Shown here in pieces: positions 57,122 through 64,000 of a stretch of 64,000 bases of DNA (positions are counted from its first letter, which is position 1; every line of letters starts with the position of its first letter). Both the position numbers and the translations under genes were made by a program. Location of the stretch: contig CAVZZO010000001.1 in NCBI GenBank assembly GCA_963779755.1, forward strand, positions 896,001 to 960,000, written 5' to 3'. The stretch comes from an uncultured Gemmatimonadales bacterium. GTDB lineage: Bacteria; Gemmatimonadota; Gemmatimonadetes; Gemmatimonadales; GWC2-71-9. The notes under the pieces were generated by a model, which saw only the letters and a program-made list of their open reading frames with translations, was not told the DNA's origin and searched no databases.

Positions 57122-57565
57122 ATGTTCCACCGCATCTATGCCCATATCGTCTGGACCACGCGCGACCGGCGACCGCTGCTGGACAAGCGGCTGGCCGAGT
57201 TTCTGCCGGCATTGCTGCGGAACATGGCCCGGCAGGAGAAGGCGCACATCCTCGAGCTGGGGATGGTGAGCACGCATATCCATCTGCTGGTGCGGCTGCA
57301 CCCCACTACCAGGCTTCCCCGCCTGCTGCAACGGTTGAAGGGGGGCAGCGCCCGGCTGGCGAATCAGCAGCTCTGCCTGACCCGGCCGAACACGCTGCAA
57401 TGGGAGGCGGGCTACTCGATTCACTCGCTCAATCCGCGCTCCCTTGAACGGGTACGGGAATATCTCAGAGGACAGCCGGAGCATCATCCGGAAGAACGGA
57501 TCGCCGACTGGGATGGCGACCGGTCGGAGTATGAGTCGGAGAATGATCTCGTAGCCCTCGGCTGA
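57122..57565 (+). CDS. tnpA: IS200/IS605-type Y1 HUH transposase (possibly REP-associated)
   Basis: HIVWTT..R.P, HIHLLV (HUH), LKGGS, W..GY, catalytic Y in EYLRGQPEHH. Confidence 0.92.
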   Translation: MFHRIYAHIVWTTRDRRPLLDKRLAEFLPALLRNMARQEKAHILELGMVSTHIHLLVRLHPTTRLPRLLQRLKGGSARLANQQLCLTRPNTLQWEAGYSIHSLNPRSLERVREYLRGQPEHHPEERIADWDGDRSEYESENDLVALG

Positions 57566-57604
57566 AGCCGAGTCTCGACAAAGGCTTTTCACTGAAGTGA
57601 AGCA
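57557..57604 (+). repeat. REP-like double hairpin, copy 2 (contains the tnpA stop codon)
   Basis: CTCGGC-TGAA-GCCGAG TCTCG ... TTCAC-TGAA-GTGAA GCA. Confidence 0.85.
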
Positions 57605-58041
57605 TGGCCGCGGCGGCGACCTCTGGTTCGGGATTTCCGAGGACTACCGCATCGTTGACCGGCGGCTGCGCGGCGACACGGTACGCATCATCGAGAAGCA
57701 ATGGACGCCTCAGCATGTGACCGGGGCCGAACGGGATCCCGCGCTGAAACACTACGACTCGTTTGTCAAGCAAGGTGGCAAGCTGGACGCCTCGAAGGTG
57801 CCGTCCTCCAAGCCCGCCTTTCGCCGGTTCACCGTTGACGATCAGGGAGCACTCTGGGTAGAACCCGGCGGAGCGCCTCGCGGCGCCTGACGTCTTTAGG
57901 CCGGCCGGCAGGTATCTGGGCCAGGTGGTGACAGGCTTGCAGGTCTCCGGGTCGCCGCTGATCCGGGGCGCCCATTTCTTCGCGTCGATCGCGGATTCAC
58001 TGGGCGTGCCGTACATGGTCGTGGCCAGAATCGAGCGCTGA
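57605..58041 (+). pseudogene. 5'-truncated, frameshifted paralog of the 49937-51097 propeller
   Basis: GDLWFGISEDYRIV.RRL.GDT.RIIEK.WTP ... LGVPYMV.ARIER*; frame break near 57885. Confidence 0.85.
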
Positions 58042-58048
58042 GACGCGG

Positions 58049-58597
58049 CTAGGTCTCCAGCCGGCTGAAGAAGGCGACGAGATCAACGACCAGCGGCTCG
58101 CCCGTACCCCCCGGCCGCCAGACCACCTCTTCCGCCAGAATTTCCGGCCGGCTCTCTCCGGCCGGCCAGCGCTCCACGACGCGGGCATCCAGATCCACGA
58201 TCCAGTATTCGATGCCCCGCTCCTGGAACAGTCGGCGCTTGACGAGCCGGTCGTGCCGCGCGGTCGCGGGCGAGAGCACCTCGATGGCCAGCAGCAGTAG
58301 GGTGACCTCCGACCAGTGTCGAGGTGGCGGTCCGGGAGGCAGCACGAACAGGTCCGGCTGTACCAGTGTGTCGGGCGACAATTCAATGTCTGCCGGCGAC
58401 CAGAGGACCCGGCCCGCGCCCGTCTGTTTCAGATACTCCTGGAGCAGGTCATACAGGGAGGCCAAGGCGTACTGGTGCCGGGGGGAAGGGGCCGGCGTCA
58501 CGAGCAGGGTGCCTTCCACCACCTCGTAGCGATTGCCGTCGGCGGGGAAGCGGCGAACCTGGGCCGCGGTATACCGGGTGGGGACAGCCATAACCAT
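58049..58597 (-). CDS. Uma2-family PD-(D/E)xK endonuclease
   Basis: RYEVVEG.L.VTPAPS..HQ, VQPDL, AIEVLSP, EYWIVD. Confidence 0.92.
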   Translation of the reverse strand: MVMAVPTRYTAAQVRRFPADGNRYEVVEGTLLVTPAPSPRHQYALASLYDLLQEYLKQTGAGRVLWSPADIELSPDTLVQPDLFVLPPGPPPRHWSEVTLLLLAIEVLSPATARHDRLVKRRLFQERGIEYWIVDLDARVVERWPAGESRPEILAEEVVWRPGGTGEPLVVDLVAFFSRLET

Positions 58598-58752
58598 AGT
58601 ATCGGCTCGGCGCTCTGGGGGAAGCAAGGGGCGGCCATGCAACAGGCTGTGGCCATGACCCGATAGTGGCGGCATCGCTACGCCGCGCTGCGGCACCTTT
58701 CCGCGCAACCGGCCTCCCCCTCCCCGGAAGTCATGGTCTGGAGGGCAGCCAT

Positions 58753-58800
58753 CTCGGCTGCGCCGAGTCTCGGGAAGCTCTTTCACTGAAGTGAAGCAGA
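58753..58800 (+). repeat. REP-like double hairpin, copy 3
   Basis: CTCGGC-TGC-GCCGAG TCTCGG ... TTCAC-TGAA-GTGAA GCAGA. Confidence 0.8.
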
Positions 58801-58856
58801 GCTTGCGGCGAGTGCGGTTATGTACCGCATGGAAGCGGCCGTCCCGGAAAACTTGG

Positions 58857-59181
58857 TTACTCCCGGTGATACCCGTACTCCGCCACCACCTCCTGGCCGG
58901 TCGAGTCCGTGTACGCTCCCAGGATGTAGTCGCTTCCCACCTCGAAGATCTGCATGCCGGCCGGCAGCTGCACCGTGCCCAGGCTGTCGTCGCCGGGAGA
59001 AAAGGCGTGCAGGACGGTCGAGTCGTCGCCGAAGACGGTGGTCACCACCCAGAGATTTCCCGCTGGATCGGCGAGCAGGGCGGTGTAGGGTGGGAGACGG
59101 TCGGGGATATGAAACCGTGCCAGCATCATCTTCTTCATCATGGCCCGGGCTTGCGGTGTGCCCGGCATCTGACCCAGCAGG
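58857..59181 (-). pseudogene. C-terminal fragment paralogous to the 55639-56916 propeller
   Basis: RAMMKKMMLA..P..LPPYTALL.DP.G.LWVVTTV.GDDST..DYILGA..DSTGQE; cut at the IS3 end. Confidence 0.85.
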
Positions 59182-59480
59182 TGAATCGCCCCGGCTTTTC
59201 CAGAGACTCGGTTACGTGAGTACCCCATCCACGGCTTGAGCGGATGCGGCACGGTGAAACTGCTCCTCGTACTCCGCCGGGGGGAGGTAGCCCAGCGGTT
59301 CCAGCAGGCGCTGAGTGTTGTAGCAAGCCACCCATTCCAGGGTGCCGTATTCGACCTTGTCCAGCCCGCGCCAGGGGCCGGCCTGCCGAATGACCTCGGT
59401 CTTGAACAAGCCGATCACCGTCTCGGCCAAGGCGTTATCGTAGGAATCCCCCCGGCTCCCGACCCACGGCGTTCAGCGTT
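59182..59480 (-). mobile_element. IS3-family remnant (one IR plus integrase C-terminus)
   Basis: IR TGAATCGCCCCGGCTTTTCCAGAGACTC; GDSYDNALAETVIGLFKTE..WV..YN..R..LGYLPPAEYE. Confidence 0.85.
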
Positions 59481-59614
59481 GTAGAGGCTACCGTACTTAG
59501 TGGGGGATCGCTCGTCTATGCCTTTTTGACCTCTTATCGGCGGCGGGCCCACGTTTTCCTTGCGCAGTATCCTCCCAGCCGGTAAGCTGAACTCGACGGC
59601 CCAGAAGAACAACC

Positions 59615-60067
59615 ATGTCTCTTAACATTCCTGTGGCGAAACTGTTGCCTCTGTTGGCCGTACAGGCTCGGGCTCTGCTCCTGTCCGCCGTTGAGTCCGA
59701 AGCCTTCCGCCTGCCGGCCGGACCAGCAGCGCGCCTGCTCGGCATGGCCCGCCGGCAGCAGTTGGACTCGGTGCTTCGGAGTGCGGGACTTCCATCCTGG
59801 AAGACCCCTCAGGAATTGGCTGCAGGTGCTTGATCGCATACTCCATTGGGAAGACGGTCATCGTTCATTGAGCGCTCAGGCACTTGCCGATGGCAGGAAT
59901 CCCTCTGGGTACTACCGCATGGTGGAGCGCGTCACTGGCCGTTTGTGGACGGAGGTCAAGGCGCTGGGATCTGACTGGGTCCTGTCGGAATTCGCGCGAG
60001 TTCTCGGCGTGCCGCCACGTTCAATCGAAGGGTTAGATAACCCGGCGTTCGCGGGGGGGGGAGTTGA
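59615..60067 (+). pseudogene. Stand-alone AraC-like HTH gene with a +1 frameshift
   Basis: ARLLGMARRQQLDSVLRSAGLPSWKT joins LRNWLQVL..SLSAQAL..GRNPS..YR.V..VTG..W.EVK..GS.W if one C is removed at 59805-59808; aligns to the 62307 ORF. End is approximate. Confidence 0.7.
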
Positions 60068-60077
60068 GCGCCTGATC

Positions 60078-60140
60078 GCCGAGACTCGGCTTCAGCCGAG
60101 GCAGAGGGCCCAAAGGCGCTCCCCTGTCACTTCAGTGACA
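60078..60140 (-). repeat. REP-like hairpins, copy 4 (inverted, hairpin order swapped)
   Basis: Reverse complement gives TGTCAC-TGAA-GTGACA ... CTCGGC-TGAA-GCCGAG TCTCGG. Confidence 0.8.
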
Positions 60141-60231
60141 ATCCCTGCCGGGAAACGGCTTCACCCGAGTGTACAATTCTCAGCGTACCACGTCATACGC
60201 GACCAGCGGCGGTACGGAGGCCCAGAATTTG

Positions 60232-60825
60232 CTACGTCCCAGCGGGTCTCTCAGGCACAATTGCAGCCATCTTGCGGCGAGGACCCCAGACAAATGTCTG
60301 GGCCAGTGCGTACTGATCTTCCAGAAGCTGTACATGTGCGACAACGCTCTGGCCGTCACACCCAAGAACCTGTATCGCTCTCCTGCTTCCGTTCAGCACC
60401 ATCCTGTTCGGAAAATGGCGTGCTAGCTCCTGCATGGCGCCAAAATCACCGGAGACCAGGTGTTCAAATGACTCCCTTAGACGTTCCTCATACCGGAAGC
60501 CTGCCGTCGTGTCAAGCACAAGACGAAGAAACCTAGCAGGCGGAAGCCATTCGATATTGGCAATGCATGATGGGTGGGTCGAGCAATAGGTTCCCGTGTA
60601 ACAGGGATGACCACCCCATTTAGGGCCATATAGGGGATCGGGGTCGAGCCAAACCAGATGGCCCGTTTCAAGTCCGTTAGAACAATCGGTGCACCAACCG
60701 CAGTTTGAGGGCTCTCCAGTCCGCAGTTGTTGGCGGGTTGCGTGGTCGCTGGAGTGGTATTCAGCCCCGATAATCAGCGCGATGGCGGGCAACAGTATGC
60801 CCAAGGAACGACTGGGTGGCAGCAT
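60232..60825 (-). CDS. Cys-rich secreted hypothetical protein
   Basis: AGGAGG RBS; hydrophobic N-terminus; CGWCTDC..GH..HPC..C..HPSC plus a distal LGCDG. Confidence 0.72.
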   Translation of the reverse strand: MLPPSRSLGILLPAIALIIGAEYHSSDHATRQQLRTGEPSNCGWCTDCSNGLETGHLVWLDPDPLYGPKWGGHPCYTGTYCSTHPSCIANIEWLPPARFLRLVLDTTAGFRYEERLRESFEHLVSGDFGAMQELARHFPNRMVLNGSRRAIQVLGCDGQSVVAHVQLLEDQYALAQTFVWGPRRKMAAIVPERPAGT

Positions 60826-60828
60826 CTC

Positions 60829-61929
60829 TCACCTCCTGCTCAGAATCAGTTCGACAATGCGCATCCGCCAAGTACCGTCTTCGTTCTCCTCGCCGCTGAG
60901 GGCAATGCCTGGCGCCATAACGTGCGAAATACCAGCGTCGTGACGTTCGCGGTGCACGACCTCGGCACTGCCAGGGTCAATGACCTCAATCATTGTGTCG
61001 TAGGCCCTATTCTGATCGGTAGGGAGGTAAGTGCGCCTCCCCTCCGGGGAGTCGTAGGGTTCGACCGCCTCCCGCCAGTGCGGGTCAGGAATTCTTGTCA
61101 GCGTCCAAACCAGGCCGTCCGCGTCCTGCCAGGCGCCGAGTAGCACGGGCGGAGCGGGGCGGTCGGGAGAATTGGACCAGAACCCCTCATAAGGATGGAA
61201 CCACGTCGGAGAACGCCGGAGCACGCGTACAGCTTCAGCCGAAGGGTCATATAAGCCGAGTTCGTACCGGTTGTAGACCGAGGCCGCCCAGAAGCCCTTT
61301 TCCCCAGCCAGGAACAGGCGGCGTCTAAGGGGCATGGTTGACCCTAGTGTCAGAGTGGGTACATCGCTTCCGAAGGCACTCCCTAGCTCTCCATGTGAAC
61401 TGACCATGTGCAGGGGAAACCCGGCTTTCTCACGAGTAGGGATGATTGCATTTACTACAAGGCTGCCGTCCGGCAGCCGGACCATAGCGGCAGGGGGAGC
61501 CATGCCAGTCAAGGCAAAACCTCGTACTGCCTGGAGCGTCGGAGAAAGAACGGTAACCCGGCGATTGGCGCGATCATAAACGAGCACCGAGTCCCCCTCC
61601 CCTGCGGTGAGCAGGAGCGGGGCCCGATACTCGCCCGGCCCTTCTCCTTCCCTCCCGACCAAATGTGAGTTCCGGCCTGTGCTATCGAAGAAGATCGGTG
61701 TCGGAGAATTGGCAAAGAGGAACAGGAACCCCGCGCGGGTGCGAACACCTGCCTGGGGGTACTCATCCAGGCCATGCCGGCGTGTACCCAACGTGGCGAT
61801 CGTCTGAACCCTGATATTGCATTGGGGGCAACGTTGCTCGTCCGCAATGAGAATCGTGTCTTGAGCCTGCAACGGCTGAAACCATTGCAGACTCAACACG
61901 GCGGCCGTGAAACTGACGACAGAGCGCAT
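60829..61929 (-). CDS. 6-bladed beta-propeller, secreted
   Basis: Signal peptide; CPQC, VGREGEGPGEY, GDSVLVYD, DTMIEVIDP; most similar to 53031-54107. Confidence 0.85.
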   Translation of the reverse strand: MRSVVSFTAAVLSLQWFQPLQAQDTILIADEQRCPQCNIRVQTIATLGTRRHGLDEYPQAGVRTRAGFLFLFANSPTPIFFDSTGRNSHLVGREGEGPGEYRAPLLLTAGEGDSVLVYDRANRRVTVLSPTLQAVRGFALTGMAPPAAMVRLPDGSLVVNAIIPTREKAGFPLHMVSSHGELGSAFGSDVPTLTLGSTMPLRRRLFLAGEKGFWAASVYNRYELGLYDPSAEAVRVLRRSPTWFHPYEGFWSNSPDRPAPPVLLGAWQDADGLVWTLTRIPDPHWREAVEPYDSPEGRRTYLPTDQNRAYDTMIEVIDPGSAEVVHRERHDAGISHVMAPGIALSGEENEDGTWRMRIVELILSRR

Positions 61930-62262
61930 TGACGATGCTCTCAGAGGTGCGGCGAAGACCGGCGAAGTGCTGTGCTGCAGGTGCCTGGATAGCACGGCAT
62001 CAGAGTGAGACAGGAGCCTAAGTGCGAGGACATCTTCCGTCGGGAATTTCCACGGGATCTGCTCAGCCATTTCACGGCCCGGCACCCGAAGCCCATACGC
62101 ATCAATAGCGGTCCGGTCCGCCGGTTGCTATGCATTTCTGAGCGGAAGCCCTGGTTGACAGTGGACGGGGAGATGGGTAGTCCAACGTCTGGAGGTTCTG
62201 CGTTGTTGCATCCGGCGGGTCTTGAGATGCTCGGGCCACAGACTATCGAGAGCGGGCCAATC

Positions 62263-62291
62263 TTGACACATTCCACGGAGGGCGGTAGCGT
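62263..62291 (+). promoter_or_regulatory. Sigma-70-type promoter
   Basis: TTGACA-N17-TAGCGT, followed by GGAGG RBS and ATG 62307. Confidence 0.6.
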
Positions 62292-62306
62292 CGGACGGGA
62301 GGCAGC

Positions 62307-62765
62307 ATGTTCAGTCCAATGCACATCCACATGCTCGCGGCGATTACAGTGCCAGGCGAAGGAAGAACCCAGCTGCTACGGCGGATTGTTGAAACGAGTG
62401 CGTTCTTAGGAGGCGCTGATCGCTGTGCCGAAATACTTGACCTTCGTAACCGCTATTGCCTCACTCGGACTCTCAAGTCCTATGGGCTTCCGCCCTGGCG
62501 TATATTGAGACGATGGTTGCGTCTGATCTACTGGCTGCTGATCTCGGAGATCACCGAACTGAGCTTGTCCGCGTGGTCCCTGGAGCAGGGCAAGAATCCG
62601 TCAACTGACGTACGTGCCGTCAGGTCACTGGTCGGCCTCACATGGGGCGAGGCAAAGGTAAGAGGTTCGGCCTGGGCGATAGCAGAGTTCGAGCAAGTAC
62701 TACGTCACTCCATCACGGATAGTACCCTTGCTGGTGGTTCTCGGGAGGATTGTCAGTCCGGCTAG
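62307..62765 (+). CDS. Stand-alone AraC-like double-HTH protein
   Basis: A..L.L.NRY.L.R.L...GLPP...L..W.RL and S....G..PS...R.V..L.G; promoter and RBS present. Confidence 0.65.
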   Translation: MFSPMHIHMLAAITVPGEGRTQLLRRIVETSAFLGGADRCAEILDLRNRYCLTRTLKSYGLPPWRILRRWLRLIYWLLISEITELSLSAWSLEQGKNPSTDVRAVRSLVGLTWGEAKVRGSAWAIAEFEQVLRHSITDSTLAGGSREDCQSG

Positions 62766-62862
62766 CCTCCCCCCCCTTGCGCCCCTCCCCAGAATCGCCA
62801 CACTAGAGAGAAGCACCCGTCCCGCGCCTCCCGCGGGCCGGGTCGTCCTTGGCCAAGATTCC

Positions 62863-63969
62863 ATGACCCGCACCCTTCGCCTGCCCGTTGCCGCGGGCCT
62901 CTGCCTCGTTCTCCTCAGCCTCTCCGCCTGCCACGGCAAAGAGGCGCAGGCGGATGACGCGCATACCGCGGATTCCGGCGGAAGTGCGTCAAGCATTGCG
63001 CTGCCGGTCGTCGGGGAACCGGCCCGCAAGGGCGACCTCGTCCTCTCGGTCACCACCACCGGGCAGGTACGATCCGACGCGGTAGCCGAACTGAAGGCGG
63101 AAACCGGCGGCACGGTCCTCAAGGTGCTGGCGAAACCGGGCGACCGGGTGAAGCAGGGCGAGCCGCTGGTGCAACTCGACCCCCGCTCGTTCGATCTCGC
63201 GGTGCGCGACGCGGAGGCCCAGCTGGAACAGGCGCGGATCCGCTATCGCGACTACGTGGTGCCCGACTCGATCGTTTCCGGCAGCCTCCCCGCCGAACGC
63301 CGCACCACCGCCGAGGCCCGGGCCGGCGTCACTGCGGCTCAGGTGGCGCTGGACAAGGCGAAGCTGGATCGCGAGCGTGCCACCATCGCGGCGCCCTTCA
63401 ACGGTGTCGTCGACCAGGTGGATGTGGCCGAGGGTGAGCGCCTCTCAGCGGGGCAGGCGATCGCCAAAGTGGTGGACGTGGACAATCTGCGGATTGAAGC
63501 CCAGGTATTGGAACACGACTTGCCGCTCATCCAGGTGGGCGGCCAGGCCCTGATCACCACCCCGGCCACTGCAGGCCGCCCGGTTGTCGGCCGGATTTCG
63601 GCGGTGCTGCCGCTGGTGGACAGCGTGACCCGTGCAGGCCGCGCGCTGATCCGGGTGAAATCGAGGGGCGTGTTACGACCCGGGATGTACGCTGACGTGA
63701 AGCTGGAAGCGCGGCGCCTCACGAATAGAGTGTTGGTTCCGGCCGCGGCGGTGATCGAGCGCGACGGCCGGCCGCTGGTCTTCGTCGTCAAGGAAAGCCG
63801 GGCCCAGTGGGTCTACATCAATCCCGGCCCCAGCAACGGCACCGATACCGAAGTCCTGCCCGATTCCGAGACCGGCAAGATCCCCGTCGCCCCCGGCGAT
63901 ACGGTGCTGGTGGAAGGACACCTGACACTCACGCATGATGCGCCCGTGAGACTCGTGACTAAGGAATGA
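62863..63969 (+). CDS. RND efflux periplasmic adaptor (MFP) lipoprotein
   Basis: Lipobox LSAC; G.V..V...PGDRVKQGEPLVQLD, IAAPFNGVV, LRPGMYA. Confidence 0.92.
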   Translation: MTRTLRLPVAAGLCLVLLSLSACHGKEAQADDAHTADSGGSASSIALPVVGEPARKGDLVLSVTTTGQVRSDAVAELKAETGGTVLKVLAKPGDRVKQGEPLVQLDPRSFDLAVRDAEAQLEQARIRYRDYVVPDSIVSGSLPAERRTTAEARAGVTAAQVALDKAKLDRERATIAAPFNGVVDQVDVAEGERLSAGQAIAKVVDVDNLRIEAQVLEHDLPLIQVGGQALITTPATAGRPVVGRISAVLPLVDSVTRAGRALIRVKSRGVLRPGMYADVKLEARRLTNRVLVPAAAVIERDGRPLVFVVKESRAQWVYINPGPSNGTDTEVLPDSETGKIPVAPGDTVLVEGHLTLTHDAPVRLVTKE

Positions 63970-63970
63970 A

Positions 63971-64000
63971 ACGGTGAGCGGTAAACGGTAAGCGGTGAGC
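63971..64000. repeat. Heptamer tandem repeat (RCGGTRA), runs off the window
   Basis: acggtga gcggtaa acggtaa gcggtga. Confidence 0.75.

Noticed and set aside
50660..59181. Diversity-generating retroelement TR/VR pairs among the duplicated gene ends
   Set aside because: Differences are mostly synonymous and not adenine-specific in the stretch compared; no reverse transcriptase in the window
56990..60140. CRISPR array or integron attC cassette array
   Set aside because: Spacing is hundreds to >1000 nt and irregular; no cas gene, integron integrase or RYYYAAC/GTTRRRY ends were seen
59691..60536. 281-aa ORF as an independent gene
   Set aside because: Only its middle aligns with the HTH paralog; the rest runs through hairpins and antisense to the Cys-rich gene
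61941..62330. Cys-containing ORF as a RiPP precursor
   Set aside because: No RBS, leader or signal features; it overlaps the promoter of the divergent HTH gene; no maturase nearby

Overview
High-GC bacterial window. The gene families suggest a Gemmatimonadota-like genome (inference). Bases 1-47.3 kb look like core genome. They contain rnhA (partial), a DUF4956/SdiA-regulated/Omp85 operon, a complete treY-glgX-glgE-treS(mak)-glgB-treZ cluster, otsAB, a selenocysteine-containing selD (in-frame UGA, missed by the ORF track), several secreted enzymes and an ECF sigma/anti-sigma/HEAT/HEAT operon. Many intergenic spaces carry 7-10-nt tandem repeats, often as inverted pairs, and two such repeats sit in-frame inside genes. 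Bases ~47.4-62.8 kb form a partly lower-GC accessory mosaic. It holds at least five intact secreted 6-bladed beta-propeller genes plus fragments, two Cys-rich secreted proteins each directly downstream of a propeller, and three stand-alone AraC-like HTH genes. It also holds Uma2 genes, an intact IS256 with 8-bp TSD, an IS3 remnant and an IS200-like TnpA flanked by REP-like double hairpins, and is followed by an RND adaptor gene. The repeated regulator/propeller/Cys-rich-protein module is the best candidate for an undescribed system. No rRNA, tRNA or CRISPR array was seen. All product calls come from motif recognition by eye, not database searches.
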